From NCBI GenBank assembly GCA_001179505.1, contig CDMY01000334.1, positions 51,835 to 115,834 of the forward strand: a stretch of 64,000 bases of DNA, in the 5' to 3' direction. This stretch comes from Vitrella brassicaformis CCMP3155. Lineage: Eukaryota > Protista > Chromerida. Position numbers and translations under genes: made by a program. Position 1 is the stretch's first letter, and every line of letters begins with the position of its first letter. Shown one piece after another: positions 13,406 to 24,330 of this stretch. The notes beneath the pieces were generated by a model that was not told the origin of the DNA, ran no database searches, and saw only the letters and a list, made by a program, of their open reading frames with translations.

Positions 13406-14754
13406 ACCTCCTTACTTACCTACTGCCACCCACTGCACTGTCCAGAAGAAGACTGAGGACACGTGGGGCATGCAAGCCACGTAGCAGCGAGTAGCTGAGC
13501 TTTTAGTGAAACGTACATGCATTAACGGGCGACAAAGTTCGTCTAGTCCTCACAGATCAATGATCACAACAAAGCGGCTGCAAACGGAAGCGAAAGACAC
13601 ACACCGAAACGGAAGGCAATAGCGAAGAAGCAAGCAAAAAATGGTCAGTCCAAACACGCAGAAGACAGCCAGTCGAAACACACACCGCGACGAACAGAGA
13701 CGCACAGATGGAACGCGCGAAGCACACGGAGCATACAGACACTGTATGCCATGCTCAAGACACACAGCGCCATGCTCACGGCACTTGTACAACGGCCCTG
13801 CCGGAGCCGCCGGCTATTGCGAGAGGCTCAGCACATGCACGTCGTCGGCCTGAAAGCGCCATTTGCCTCCNNNNNNNNNNNNNNNNNNNNNNNNNNNNNN
13901 NNNNNNNNNNNNNNNNNNNNNNNNNNNNNNNNNNNNNNNNNNNNNNNNNNNNNNNNNNNNNNNNNNNNNNNNNNNNNNNNNNNNNNNNNNNNNNNNNNNN
14001 NNNNNNNNNNNNNNNNNNNNNNNNNNNNNNNNNNNNNNNNNNNNNNNNNNNNNNNNNNNNNNNNNNNNNNNNNNNNNNNNNNNNNNNNNNNNNNNNNNNN
14101 NNNNNNNNNNNNNNNNNNNNNNNNNNNNNNNNNNNNNNNNNNNNNNNNNNNNNNNNNNNNNNNNNNNNNNACCGTCACACGCTTCTCCCACGTGTGGAGC
14201 AGCTTGATCTTGGTCGGCCCATCGAAGTGCCCGGCCAGCGAGAAATGCCACAGATCAGAGCTGTATGAGTCGAATCCTCGTGGATCCTCAGGGAGCTTGA
14301 GGCCGTCACCCATGTAGCCCCCGAACACGTAATCGTCCTTGCGGATGACAAACACCAGCGGCCCTGCGTCGCGCACACAGCGGAGCAGATCTTCATAGCG
14401 GGAGCCATCGCAACTCGCCCTGCAGTGCAATGACAGACAGGATCGACAAAACGACCACAAGCTCATTCTATATACCACGAGTTTGTACCCACACACCTGT
14501 AGAGCAGCCGCAGCTGCCTGCCGTCCACCCAGCCGCGGAGAGCATCCTGCTGCTCGTCTGTCAGGCCCAACACACCAGCAGCAGCAGATTCTGAGTCCCT
14601 GGTCGGGCTGTGTTGGGGTTCGACGGGCGACGCAATCGGTGCCTCATCCGCATGAGAGCCGCTTGCCATTGTCGACTCCAGCTGCGGGATCTGTTGTCGA
14701 GCCTCCTCCAATCTCAGCCAACGGCGATGGGAGGGAGCGAGGCACCAACGGCTG
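13406..14754 (-). repeat. Duplicated ~1.3 kb TLDc unit (gene plus ~400 nt 3' flank), inverted relative to 58832-60130
   Basis: The reverse complements of 13406-13870 and 14171-14420 match ~59670-60130 and ~59200-59450 essentially base for base. Homology starts at AGCCGTTGGTGCCTCGC. Confidence 0.9.
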
Positions 14755-14762
14755 AGGGACAT
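13828..14762 (-). CDS. TLDc-domain protein, copy 1 (one intron; middle in gap)
   Basis: LRLLYR|ASCDG, LVFVIRKDDYVFGGY, WHFSLAGHF and C-terminal ...ADDVHVLSLSQ*, a TLD/OXR1-type pattern. Confidence 0.85.
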
Positions 14763-14826
14763 CAAAGATGGCCCCGAGAGGAGATCTCCCCGGCGTAAGC
14801 TAGCAGCTCGCAGAAATCCGCATCCT

Positions 14827-14835
14827 AAACCCTAG
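14827..14835. promoter_or_regulatory. Telo-box (AAACCCTAG) upstream of TLDc copy 1
   Basis: CTAAACCCTAG about 65 nt upstream of the ATG at 14762 on the minus strand. Confidence 0.4.
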
Positions 14836-15478
14836 TCTCTCTGATTTTGAGGGCTTTTTCCCATTGCAGGTGCGCACGGAGGCGGCTTGTGTGCTCATCT
14901 GAAGGCTGATGATGCCAAGGTGAATGCGGTTGGTGTGCAGCAGCACGTGGCACAAACACCCACACACAGATTTTTGTTCATGTCCGAGGTACGATTACGC
15001 ACACACAGACAACGTAAGTATGTACGTCTGACCTGACCGTCCCCATGCCCATGTATCATCCGCCCACCAACGCACCGCCCCCCCCCCCCCCCCCCCCCCC
15101 CCCNNNNNNNNNNNNNNNNNNNNNNNNNNNNNNNNNNNNNNNNNNNNNNNNNNNNNNNNNNNNNNNNNNNNNNNNNNNNNNNNNNNNNNNNNNNNNNNNN
15201 NNNNNNNNNNNNNNNNNNNNNNNNNNNNNNNNNNNNNNNNNNNNNNNNNNNNNNNNNNNNNNNNNNNNNNNNNNNNNNNNNNNNNNNNNNNNNNNNNNNN
15301 NNNNNNNNNNNNNNNNNNNNNNNNNNNNNNNNNNNNNNNNNNNNNNNNNNNNNNNNNNNNNNNNNNNNNNNNNNNNNNNNNNNNNNNNNNNNNNNNNNNN
15401 NNNCCCCCCCCCCCCCCCCCCCCCCGCTGGCTGGCTGGCCAGCCAGAGGCTGGGTCAGTCAGTCAGTCGTTCCTTGCT

Positions 15479-18400
15479 CTATGCCATGGCTGTGAGTGGG
15501 TCGTGTGTGAGGTGGACCTCCTTGTCCATGATGGTCTGGATGGCGTCGAGCAGCACTTCATCCGCCGCCTCGCGCCTGGCAGCGGCACCCTGTTCAGCCT
15601 CTTCAGGCTGCTGCTCTCCTCTGAGCCTATTGTCCATCTCTACCAACTGGCGCAGCCACAACCTGAATGAAGGAAGGCATCGCACACACACACACACACA
15701 GAGAGAGAGACAGAGAATGAGTGAGTGCACGTGTGTGTGAGTGTGCAAGTGTCTGTCATGCCCTCCCTGGCTGCACTCACTCACTGACCGTTTGGAGTAG
15801 GGGCAGCTCTGCACGGCCCTGGCACAGACCTTCCTCCGCTGCTCGCGCAAGTCGTTGTCGGGCGGGAGTGCGTCGAAGAGCCGGCGGCCCCTGTCGATGG
15901 CCAGCTCGATGACGTTAAGGTACATGTCCCACAGGGCCGCCGCATTGCCTCCCTGGCCCGTTGCTGCCAGCTGCCGCTCGCACTCGTCGGCGCAGCGGGC
16001 GTACGAGGGGCGGCCACGGTCGATCTCCGCCTGATGGATTGACGCAGACGGACAGACGGACAGAGGGAAGATGGCCGGCCACACGTGTGGCCATTGTGTG
16101 TGAGTGCTGTGCTTGCCTGTATGGTCCAGTAGAGCAGGTGCGGCGTGAGGTGTGTGATGGGGTGGTGATGGTGAGAGTGGGTGTCGCTGCCGCTCTCGGG
16201 GTGGTCACTCCTCTCGCCGGCCGACCGCTGTCTGTAGGGCGACTGCAGGCGCAGCGGCGCGAGCGGTGGCAGTGCGGCCAGGTGCGACGACACCAACAGA
16301 CGCAGAGAGTGCGACTGATGCGCACGCACATGGAGCTGCAACGCATGATGGACAACACAAACACACACACAGAGACAGACAGACAGACAGACAGGAGGGG
16401 ATGCATCACCGCCCGCCCACTGCCTCACATTTGCTTTGTTTGCTCTCTCTGACCCGTGTGACGGTGGCGAAGAATTTGGCGTTGAATGGGCAGTGGCGGA
16501 GCGCGGTGCGGCAGACGTCCTTGAGCAGCGACGGGGACGACTGGGGGTGACACTGATACACACACACGCACAGACAGACAGACAGACACACATTTGGTCA
16601 TCGGGTCTTCTCCACCCACCNNNNNNNNNNNNNNNNNNNNNNNNNNNNNNNNNNNNNNNNNNNNNNNNNNNNNNNNNNNNNNNNNNNNNNNNNNNNNNNN
16701 NNNNNNNNNNNNNNNNNNNNNNNNNNNNNNNNNNNNNNNNNNNNNNNNNNNNNNNNNNNNNNNNNNNNNNNNNNNNNNNNNNNNNNNNNNNNNNNNNNNN
16801 NNNNNNNNNNNNNNNNNNNNNNNNNNNNNNNNNNNNNNNNNNNNNNNNNNNNNNNNNNNNNNNNNNNNNNNNNNNNNNNNNNNNNNNNNNNNNNNNNNNN
16901 NNNNNNNNNNNNNNNNNNNNCCAGCACTAGGTCCAGCGTGAAGGCAAGACACAACTCGAGGGAGCGGGACACCTCACAACACGCCAACGGCTGCATCAAC
17001 GACACGCACACACACACATTCAGAAACACGCACCGGCCAGCTGTGGCTGACCTCGTCGTCCTTTGGCGCATCAGGGAGGTGTGTGGCCATCTCCTCCCAG
17101 CACTTGGCCGGGCCGCACACATCGGCTGCGCCACACACACGACCACACACATCAGGTATCCTATGCTTCTTCTGGAGTGTGAGGAGCTCTGTCGCTGACC
17201 GGTGAGCAGTGCGACGCCGAAGAGGCAAGCGAAGAAGGAGGCCGTGCAGACGGGCATCATCCTGCCGTCATCAGGGGCCGTGGAGGGGATCAGGCGCTTC
17301 AGCGACGATATGGCGCTGCACACGCACCACAGTGCAGTGCAAGCAGCGACGGGGAGGGATGCGTTGCGTACCTGAGTATCTTGAGCTGTGAGGGCTTGGC
17401 GCGGTCTTCGTATGTGAAGGCGTCATAAGTGCCCTCAGTGAAGCACACCCATATGTGCAGACACACTGAGGGGACCCCACCTCCCTGGTCGGTCAACACG
17501 CACACAGAGAGAAAGAGAGAGCACATCACTGGAGTGATGGTTGCAGACAGGAAGCCTCTCTCTCTCTCTCTCTCTGTCACTCACCTCATACGGCGCGAGC
17601 AGCACTCTTGGCCGGTGGCCTTCTCGGTGCGCCTGACGCGAGTCCACCACCCACACCCACACACACACATGAAGAGAGCACACACACCCATGTGTGAAAA
17701 CGCTCCCACCATGGCCTGGTTGACCATCTCGAGGTAGGTCCAAGTGGCGACGATGGGCAGCAGCCGGACGTCGCGGGCCAGCATCCGCACACATGTCAGG
17801 AATATCGACCGCCCCTGCTGCATCTGGCCCTGCTCGTAGAGGAGGTGCGCGTACGCCGCCCAGATAAGCGGCTCGCTCTCCCACACCCGCAGCACACGAC
17901 GACACACCCTGCACCCACCCCATCCCATCCATGTGTGTGCGCGATAAAGAGACTCTCTCTCCCTCCTTCTCTCTGTCTGTGTCTCTGTCTGTCTGTGTGG
18001 AGTGGAACGGGTCTGTCTCACTTGTCTGTGCGTGCGGTGCACATGACGAGGAAGGCCAGCAGCGGTTCAGAGGGAAGGCGCAACGACGCCTGACGGCACA
18101 CACACAGACAGACCCGCAACTCACATGGGAGATGTGTCGCACAGGCGGATAGGTCGTTACCCGATCCGTGTGTTTGTCTGCCTACCTACCTGTGCCGCGC
18201 ACCGTGCCAGCATGGGCGCCCACCTCTTGGCTGCCTCGCGCACACGGCAGTCGCCGTCAAGGGCGTCAAATACACAGAGGCCTCCTGGGCAAACCACATG
18301 TGTGTGTGCATGTTTACCAAGTCAAACAAGTTGGTCAAGTTAGTTCCTACCTGTGCCGGCCGCTCCAGCTGTCCCCAGCACACACACGGCACTCTCACCA

Positions 18401-21400
18401 ACGCCCTTCACACACACACACACACGTAAACATGTGTGTGTAAGTTTGCCAGTGCTTGGTTGCCTCTGCTGCTGCTGATACTGCGCTGGTTGTGGTGGTG
18501 GGTGTGTCACTGAGGTCGAGGCTGTTGACGGTTTGGTTCCACTTTGCCATGCGGAGATCGAACGAAGACATGGCTGACGGCAATAAGTGCCGCACCAGCA
18601 GCACATGCGGGTGGTTGCTGCTGTAGCTGCAGCAATCAGCCAAATCAGGGAGAGACACAGAGAGAGAAGAAATGGATGGATGGATGGCTGGCTTGTGTGC
18701 GTGGAGAGATACTACTGGCTCGCTCACCTGAACAGTGTTGGCGCGCCGAAGAGGCTCATCCAGTGCAGCACAAAGGACAGCAGCGCCTTGCTTTTGGCAG
18801 CACCTGCTCATCAACAAATACACCCACATATGGGTGAGTGACGTGTGCACCCACCCCACCGCACACACCTTTCATGGCCGGGAGGTCAAGCATGAGCGGC
18901 GCCAGTGCGGCGAACGCCGCTGCCCCGTCATCATCGGCCTGTACCATATAGACGTCTATGTGGGTGCGTGTGTGGGTACGTGTGTGAGTCTGACCGTGCC
19001 GTCGCCTCGGGTGTAACCGCAGCAGTGCTCGTCGTCGGCCTGCTGCTCTCTCTCCGCAAAGGCAGCCATGCCCACACCGCTAGCGACCGCTCCCGCTGAT
19101 GCTGCCACACTCGTGGGGGCGTCTGTGGACATTTGCAAGAGGGAGGCTGTCTGTCTGTCTGTTTGTCTGTGTCTTCGTCCTGCTCACCGAGTTTTGTGTC
19201 GTCGACGGCCTCGCAAATCTTCAGCATCCCCTCGGTCGCAGCTCCGCCGCTGCACGGCACGCATTAATTGCATTCTGTGTGTGTGTGTGTGTTTGTGAAG
19301 GTACCCACCGACCTCTGTTTGGCGCTGCTGGTGGACTGTGCGAGTAGTGTGTGCAGGTGGGGCGCGGCGAGACTGTCACCGAAGCGGCCACGGCCGCTGG
19401 CCCAGGACGCCTGCAGCTGCTGCATGTCATCGACAAAGAGGCTCTTCATGCACAGAACCTGACGAGACAGACAGACAGACAGCCCACCGTTACACACGTG
19501 CACCTCTCTGTCTGTCTGTCTGTCTGTCGCCCACTGACGGACCTGCACGAGAGCGACTGCCCTTCGGTGGTGCCCGGCGTGCAGCTCCAGCAAGATGAGC
19601 ACCTGCCCACAGAAACAGACACACCCGACAGACAAACACACGAATGACTGACTGACTGAGTGAGTGAATGAGTGTCTGCAGAGAGACACAGCTAGAGTGA
19701 CAGACAGACTGACCGTCAGCACGGCCATCTTGCACTCGGCGTAGACGTAGCTCTGGTCGTCCTCAGGTCTCACCCTGACGCCCGTGCTGATGGCCAAGTA
19801 CGACTCGTGCACCTCATGCACATACTTGGCGTGAAGCGCAGACACACACGACAGCAAAGACGACGCGAGACCACTGCACACACACACACACACAAGATGA
19901 ATTACCACACACACACACAGACACACACACAGACAGACACACACGCAGGCACCGGATGGCGGCCGTCGAGTAGAGCTGGAAGTTGCGGGCGACGAAGAGG
20001 ACGTACTCGCGGAACAGCAGGGGGCTCAGACACTGTTGCGTACACGCATCAAGAGACACACACATAGAGAGAGAGAGGGGGGGGGGATGTGCTGTGCTGT
20101 GCTGTGGCTGCCTGACTTCTTTGGCAGCCTCTTCCCACACGGAAAGCATATCTGAGGCGTCACGGAGCCGGCTCCGCACTTGCAGCAGCTCCTGCACACA
20201 CGCATGGCACATAGACAGACACATACACACACATCGCAGACATGCACGACGGCTCACCAGAGTGAGCTGCGGGTTGTTCTTGTTGAAGGTGAGGGCCCTC
20301 TCCAGGATGCTCTCCTGTCGCTCCCACACCTGCACACACACACACACACATGTGTCAATGCATCAACACGAGTGTGGGTGGGTGTCTTGTGGGGTGGGGT
20401 GCCTGTGAGTCGAGTGCGCGTGAGGTCTCCCGCAGGTACTGGGGCTGGAAACGTGAAAACCGCAGCCAACCTGCCACACTGGCCAGCCACAGGTATGATG
20501 CGCCTGTGAGTGCTCCTTGCTTTCTCCTTCTCTCACTCGTTTGTGTGGTCTCTGCACCGCCTGTGCATGGCCTCGTTGGCCGCGGCGATGCCGCTCGTCA
20601 CAAAGGGGCCCTCCTCCTCGCTGTCGCTGTCACCTTCAGCATCACCCTCCCTCCCGACCGGGGGTGACATTTTCTCTGGCGCCAGAGTGATGAACGACAT
20701 GTCGTCACTCGTCTGTCGTCGTTGTGGATGTGGCTGCTGCTGTGGCTGTGGCTGTGGCTGTGGGGTGGGCGCCGCTGACGGCTGCATGTACCCAACAGGC
20801 ACACGTACCCATTTGGGTGAAACTTATCTCTCTCTGTGGAGTGACTGCACCTGCTGGTGGTGGTGGTCTGGTTTTTTCTTGGCAGGCCTTCTGTCCTCGA
20901 TGCCTTTCTTCTCCTTCCTGACCTCTCGCCGCATGTGGACAAAGTACCGATCTGAGCTCCCGAGACGGTCGTCTGACACACAGACATGGCCACGCACACA
21001 TACACACAGGCACACATCCACACACACATCCATCCATCCATCCACCGATCTGTCGCTGTCTGTGTGGGAGAGTGTGTTTCTTGTGTCACCAACCACACAC
21101 CCCCATCTCATCTCATCTCATCTGCCCACCCGATGTGCGTGTGGCGCCTGGGATGAAGTCCCTCTCCTCCAGCAGCCGAGGGTGGGCAGACAGGCCCTTC
21201 GACGACCTGATGTCATGTCATATCGACGATCGGCGATCGATGTGCGTGTGCGTGTGTTCTGTGTTCTGTGCATGGCATGCCCATCACATACGTTGGCTTG
21301 GCTCTCTTCTTGAGCGCTGGCGCCGGCCGGCTGGACAGGTCAGCTCGCATACTGCCACCCCTGCACAGACCGAGACCGTCACCCACACACACATGCACAC

Positions 21401-22585
21401 GGACAGACATAACACACGCACCCGCACCCAGCCCCATGTCGCCCGCGCACCGTTCTTTGTCCTCGGCAGCCATGCCCATGATCTTGCCCCGACGGCCGTC
21501 CAGCGCCCCCCCAGCAGGCAGTCCCCTGTCGGATCCTCTGATGGCGACAAGAGAAACAGAGAGAGAGGGGAGAGAGAGAGAGGCCTCTGTCGGTCTGTGT
21601 GTCTGTAGGAGTGCGTGCGCGTGTTGTGGTTTGGGTCAGTCAGTCGCCACGTGGCCCACCGACCCACTCACCGAGTGTCGCAGTAGCACAGGACGCTCAG
21701 ATCGTCGTCGAAGCACATGGCGCCATTTACCGCCTCGCCCTCGTCCCCATCATCGTCACGTCGTCTCTCCTCTCGTTCCTCCCGTCTTCGCCTCTTCTCC
21801 CGCCGCCCACGCGCACTCGCACCATCCTCATCGCTCGACGACGAACTCGCGATCTCTATCACTCCTGCACGCAGCACGCACGCACGCACGCACGCACGCA
21901 AGCACACATCGATCGATTGCTTGCAACCTCGCGAGCCTCAGTCAGCTTCCCTCTCTCACCTTGGTCGTCCCCCCTGTCCTTGAGCCGCCTTTTTTTCCTC
22001 TCCTGCTTCTCTCTCTTGCGCCGCTTCTTGTCCTTCCTGCGCCGCTTCCGGCGATCCTTCTCGTCGTCCACATACCGGTCATCATACTCACCACCGTCAC
22101 CCCGCCCCACCATCGGACGCGACGACAGAAGAATGGCCGAAGGCGGCTGGGAGGAGGCCTGCAGCCGCCAAGACAGACATTGGGCGTGGTATGTTGTGTG
22201 TGTGTGTGTGTGTGTGAGCGACCGACCTCTGTGTCACACGGCTGTCGGTGAGCGTCTTCGTGCCGGTCCTGGTGCCTCCGGTGTCCCCTGCTCACGGTAG
22301 GGAAGCTCTGGCCGACACGCAGCCACTCCATCCTCTCATCGCAGCCGCCATCTGCCGCTTCTGATGGACCTGCATGCCACACGCAGCATGGCCTATGATG
22401 AATTCATAAGCGCAGTAAGTGCATGACGATCGATCACCTGCGGCTCCGTCGGCTTCTGGTGCTGCTGCCGCTGCCGCTGCTGGTGGTGCGGCGTCGCCAG
22501 TCTGGATGGCTCCTTGTGGGGCGTAGGCGGCAAACAGCGGTGGCGGAGGTGCTTCACCAACATCTTGATCTCTTGTCGAAGTCAT
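15479..22585 (-). CDS. NRDE2: NRDE2 (nuclear RNAi-defective 2 / nuclear exosome regulator) HAT-repeat protein, many exons
   Basis: N-terminal PPLFAAYA (cf. MALFPAF) and a Lys/Arg-rich tract. VWERQESILERALTFNKNNPQLTLELL; MLSVWEEAAKE; LFREYVLFVARNFQLYSTAAI; IWAAYAHLLYEQG; LWDMYLNV; RAVQSCPYSKRLWL; terminal IQTIMDKEVHL. These match the NRDE2 layout as recalled. Confidence 0.85.
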
Positions 22586-22636
22586 GATCTCAATGATCCA
22601 TCCGGTTGCTCCGGGTCAAGCAAGGGTTCCGGCGGG

Positions 22637-22653
22637 TAGGGTTTCAAACCCTA
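22637..22653. promoter_or_regulatory. Palindromic telo-box TAGGGTTT-C-AAACCCTA in the NRDE2/trigger-factor bidirectional promoter
   Basis: Perfect 8-bp inverted repeat between divergent ATGs at 22585 and 22774. Confidence 0.6.
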
Positions 22654-22773
22654 GACCCCAGCTTCTGCGAGCTTAGCCCCAACGGGAGAAGGAGGGCCTG
22701 GCAACAAGCAAATCCGCTTTAAGGCTCCAGGAGGGCCTGTCCATGTATATCAGCCGCTAGATCAGCAGAGAGG

Positions 22774-23266
22774 ATGGTAGATCTGCTGATGACTGTCTGC
22801 CTGGCTCTTGCCGCTTACCTCTGCGCCTGGCCGATGAGGAGTGCAGGTGCGTGTGTGTGAGGGATGCAGGCAGATCTGTCGGCACATCATGACGCGTATA
22901 GTGCTCATTCATTGCAAGCAGTGCGTGTGCGTGTGCAGACGCGAGATCTCTGACAGAGAGAAGGCGGCAGAAGGGGTCAGCGTTCATCCTGCAGCAGCTG
23001 CAGCTGCCGGGAGGAATCACGCCGCGCACACGCGCACACAGAAGGGTAGGTACCCACACGCAGGTAGCTGGCGGATGCAGTCACTCATTGGTGTGCGTGT
23101 GTGACTGTCCTGTTCTCCTCTGTTCTGCAGGTGCGTGTGGCACCCGCTGTGTATGCGTCCAAAGCAAAGGGGTTCGCTGTCGACTCAGAGAGGGACCAGA
23201 GGAGGTAGATAGACGTGCTACAGACATACACACGGCACAAGAAGTGTCTGTCTGTCGTATCCCATG

Positions 23267-23297
<31 letters not shown>

Positions 23298-24296
23298 TTT
23301 TTGCAGGGGTGGTGGGGAGGGTCCGTCATCGGTCAAGAAGGTGGCCCGCTCACTGCCGCCACCCACACCCAAGGTTAATTCGTGCTGTCAACGAAAGGAG
23401 TGATTGACACACACGCACGATCGATGCATCTCTCTCTCTCTGTTTGTCTGTCTGTCTGTCTGTCTGTGTCTGACCCACTGACCAAACAAACCAACGAGCA
23501 GGGAAGGGCAATAAAGCGTCGCCGGTCTGAGATACAGCGGGATCGGGAGGGCAAGGCCGCCACAGACAGGTCAGTCGGTGAGGGACGGAGGGAGGGACTG
23601 ACTAGTGGGATGGGCAGACACACAGACAACGTGTATGTCCGTGTGCATGTCAGTGGGGAAGGGAACGACACGGTGGCCTATGAAGACCTGCCAGAGGAGG
23701 AGCAGATCAAGAGGAAGAAACGTGCCAAGCAGGTAACTAAGTAAGGGCTGTCTGTCTGCTCTCTGTCTGCCTGCCTGTCGATATCACGTGTCTGTCTGCT
23801 GTGTTGTGTGCCCACCATTGTGTCATTGTGTTTCATGGCATCAAGGCGTACATCGAGGGGGCTTACATGGAGAAGAAGCAGAGAGAGGTGCGCGCGCTGG
23901 AAACACACAAAGACACGCACACTCGCGCACACAGGGGGGTGACTGACATATTGGACGTATGCGGATGTGTGTGTGGACTGCATGGCAGGATGCCGATGCG
24001 TTCCAGCACCGACTGAAGCAGAGGGCTCAGCAGGAGGACATACAGCTCATCACCAAGGGCAAAGAGGCAAGCCGTATCCAGCCAGCCAGACAGCCAGACA
24101 GCCATGTACGCCCCACGCGACCGACCGATCTGTGTTGGTTTGTGTTGTGTGGGGGTGTGTCTGTGTCTGTGTCCTTGCTGTGTGTGTGTGTGTGCAGGTG
24201 AATGTGAGTCTGGAGCCAGAGGTGAATTCAACCGTCACCGTCAATGTGCAAGTCGACGGCAACTTCACGCAGCAGGTGTCCTGACACTCACACACA

Positions 24297-24330
<34 letters not shown>

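Noticed and set aside
15078-15425. Long C/G homopolymers flanking several gaps (possible G-quadruplex signal)
   Set aside because: They mark where assembly failed; true length and context are unknown.
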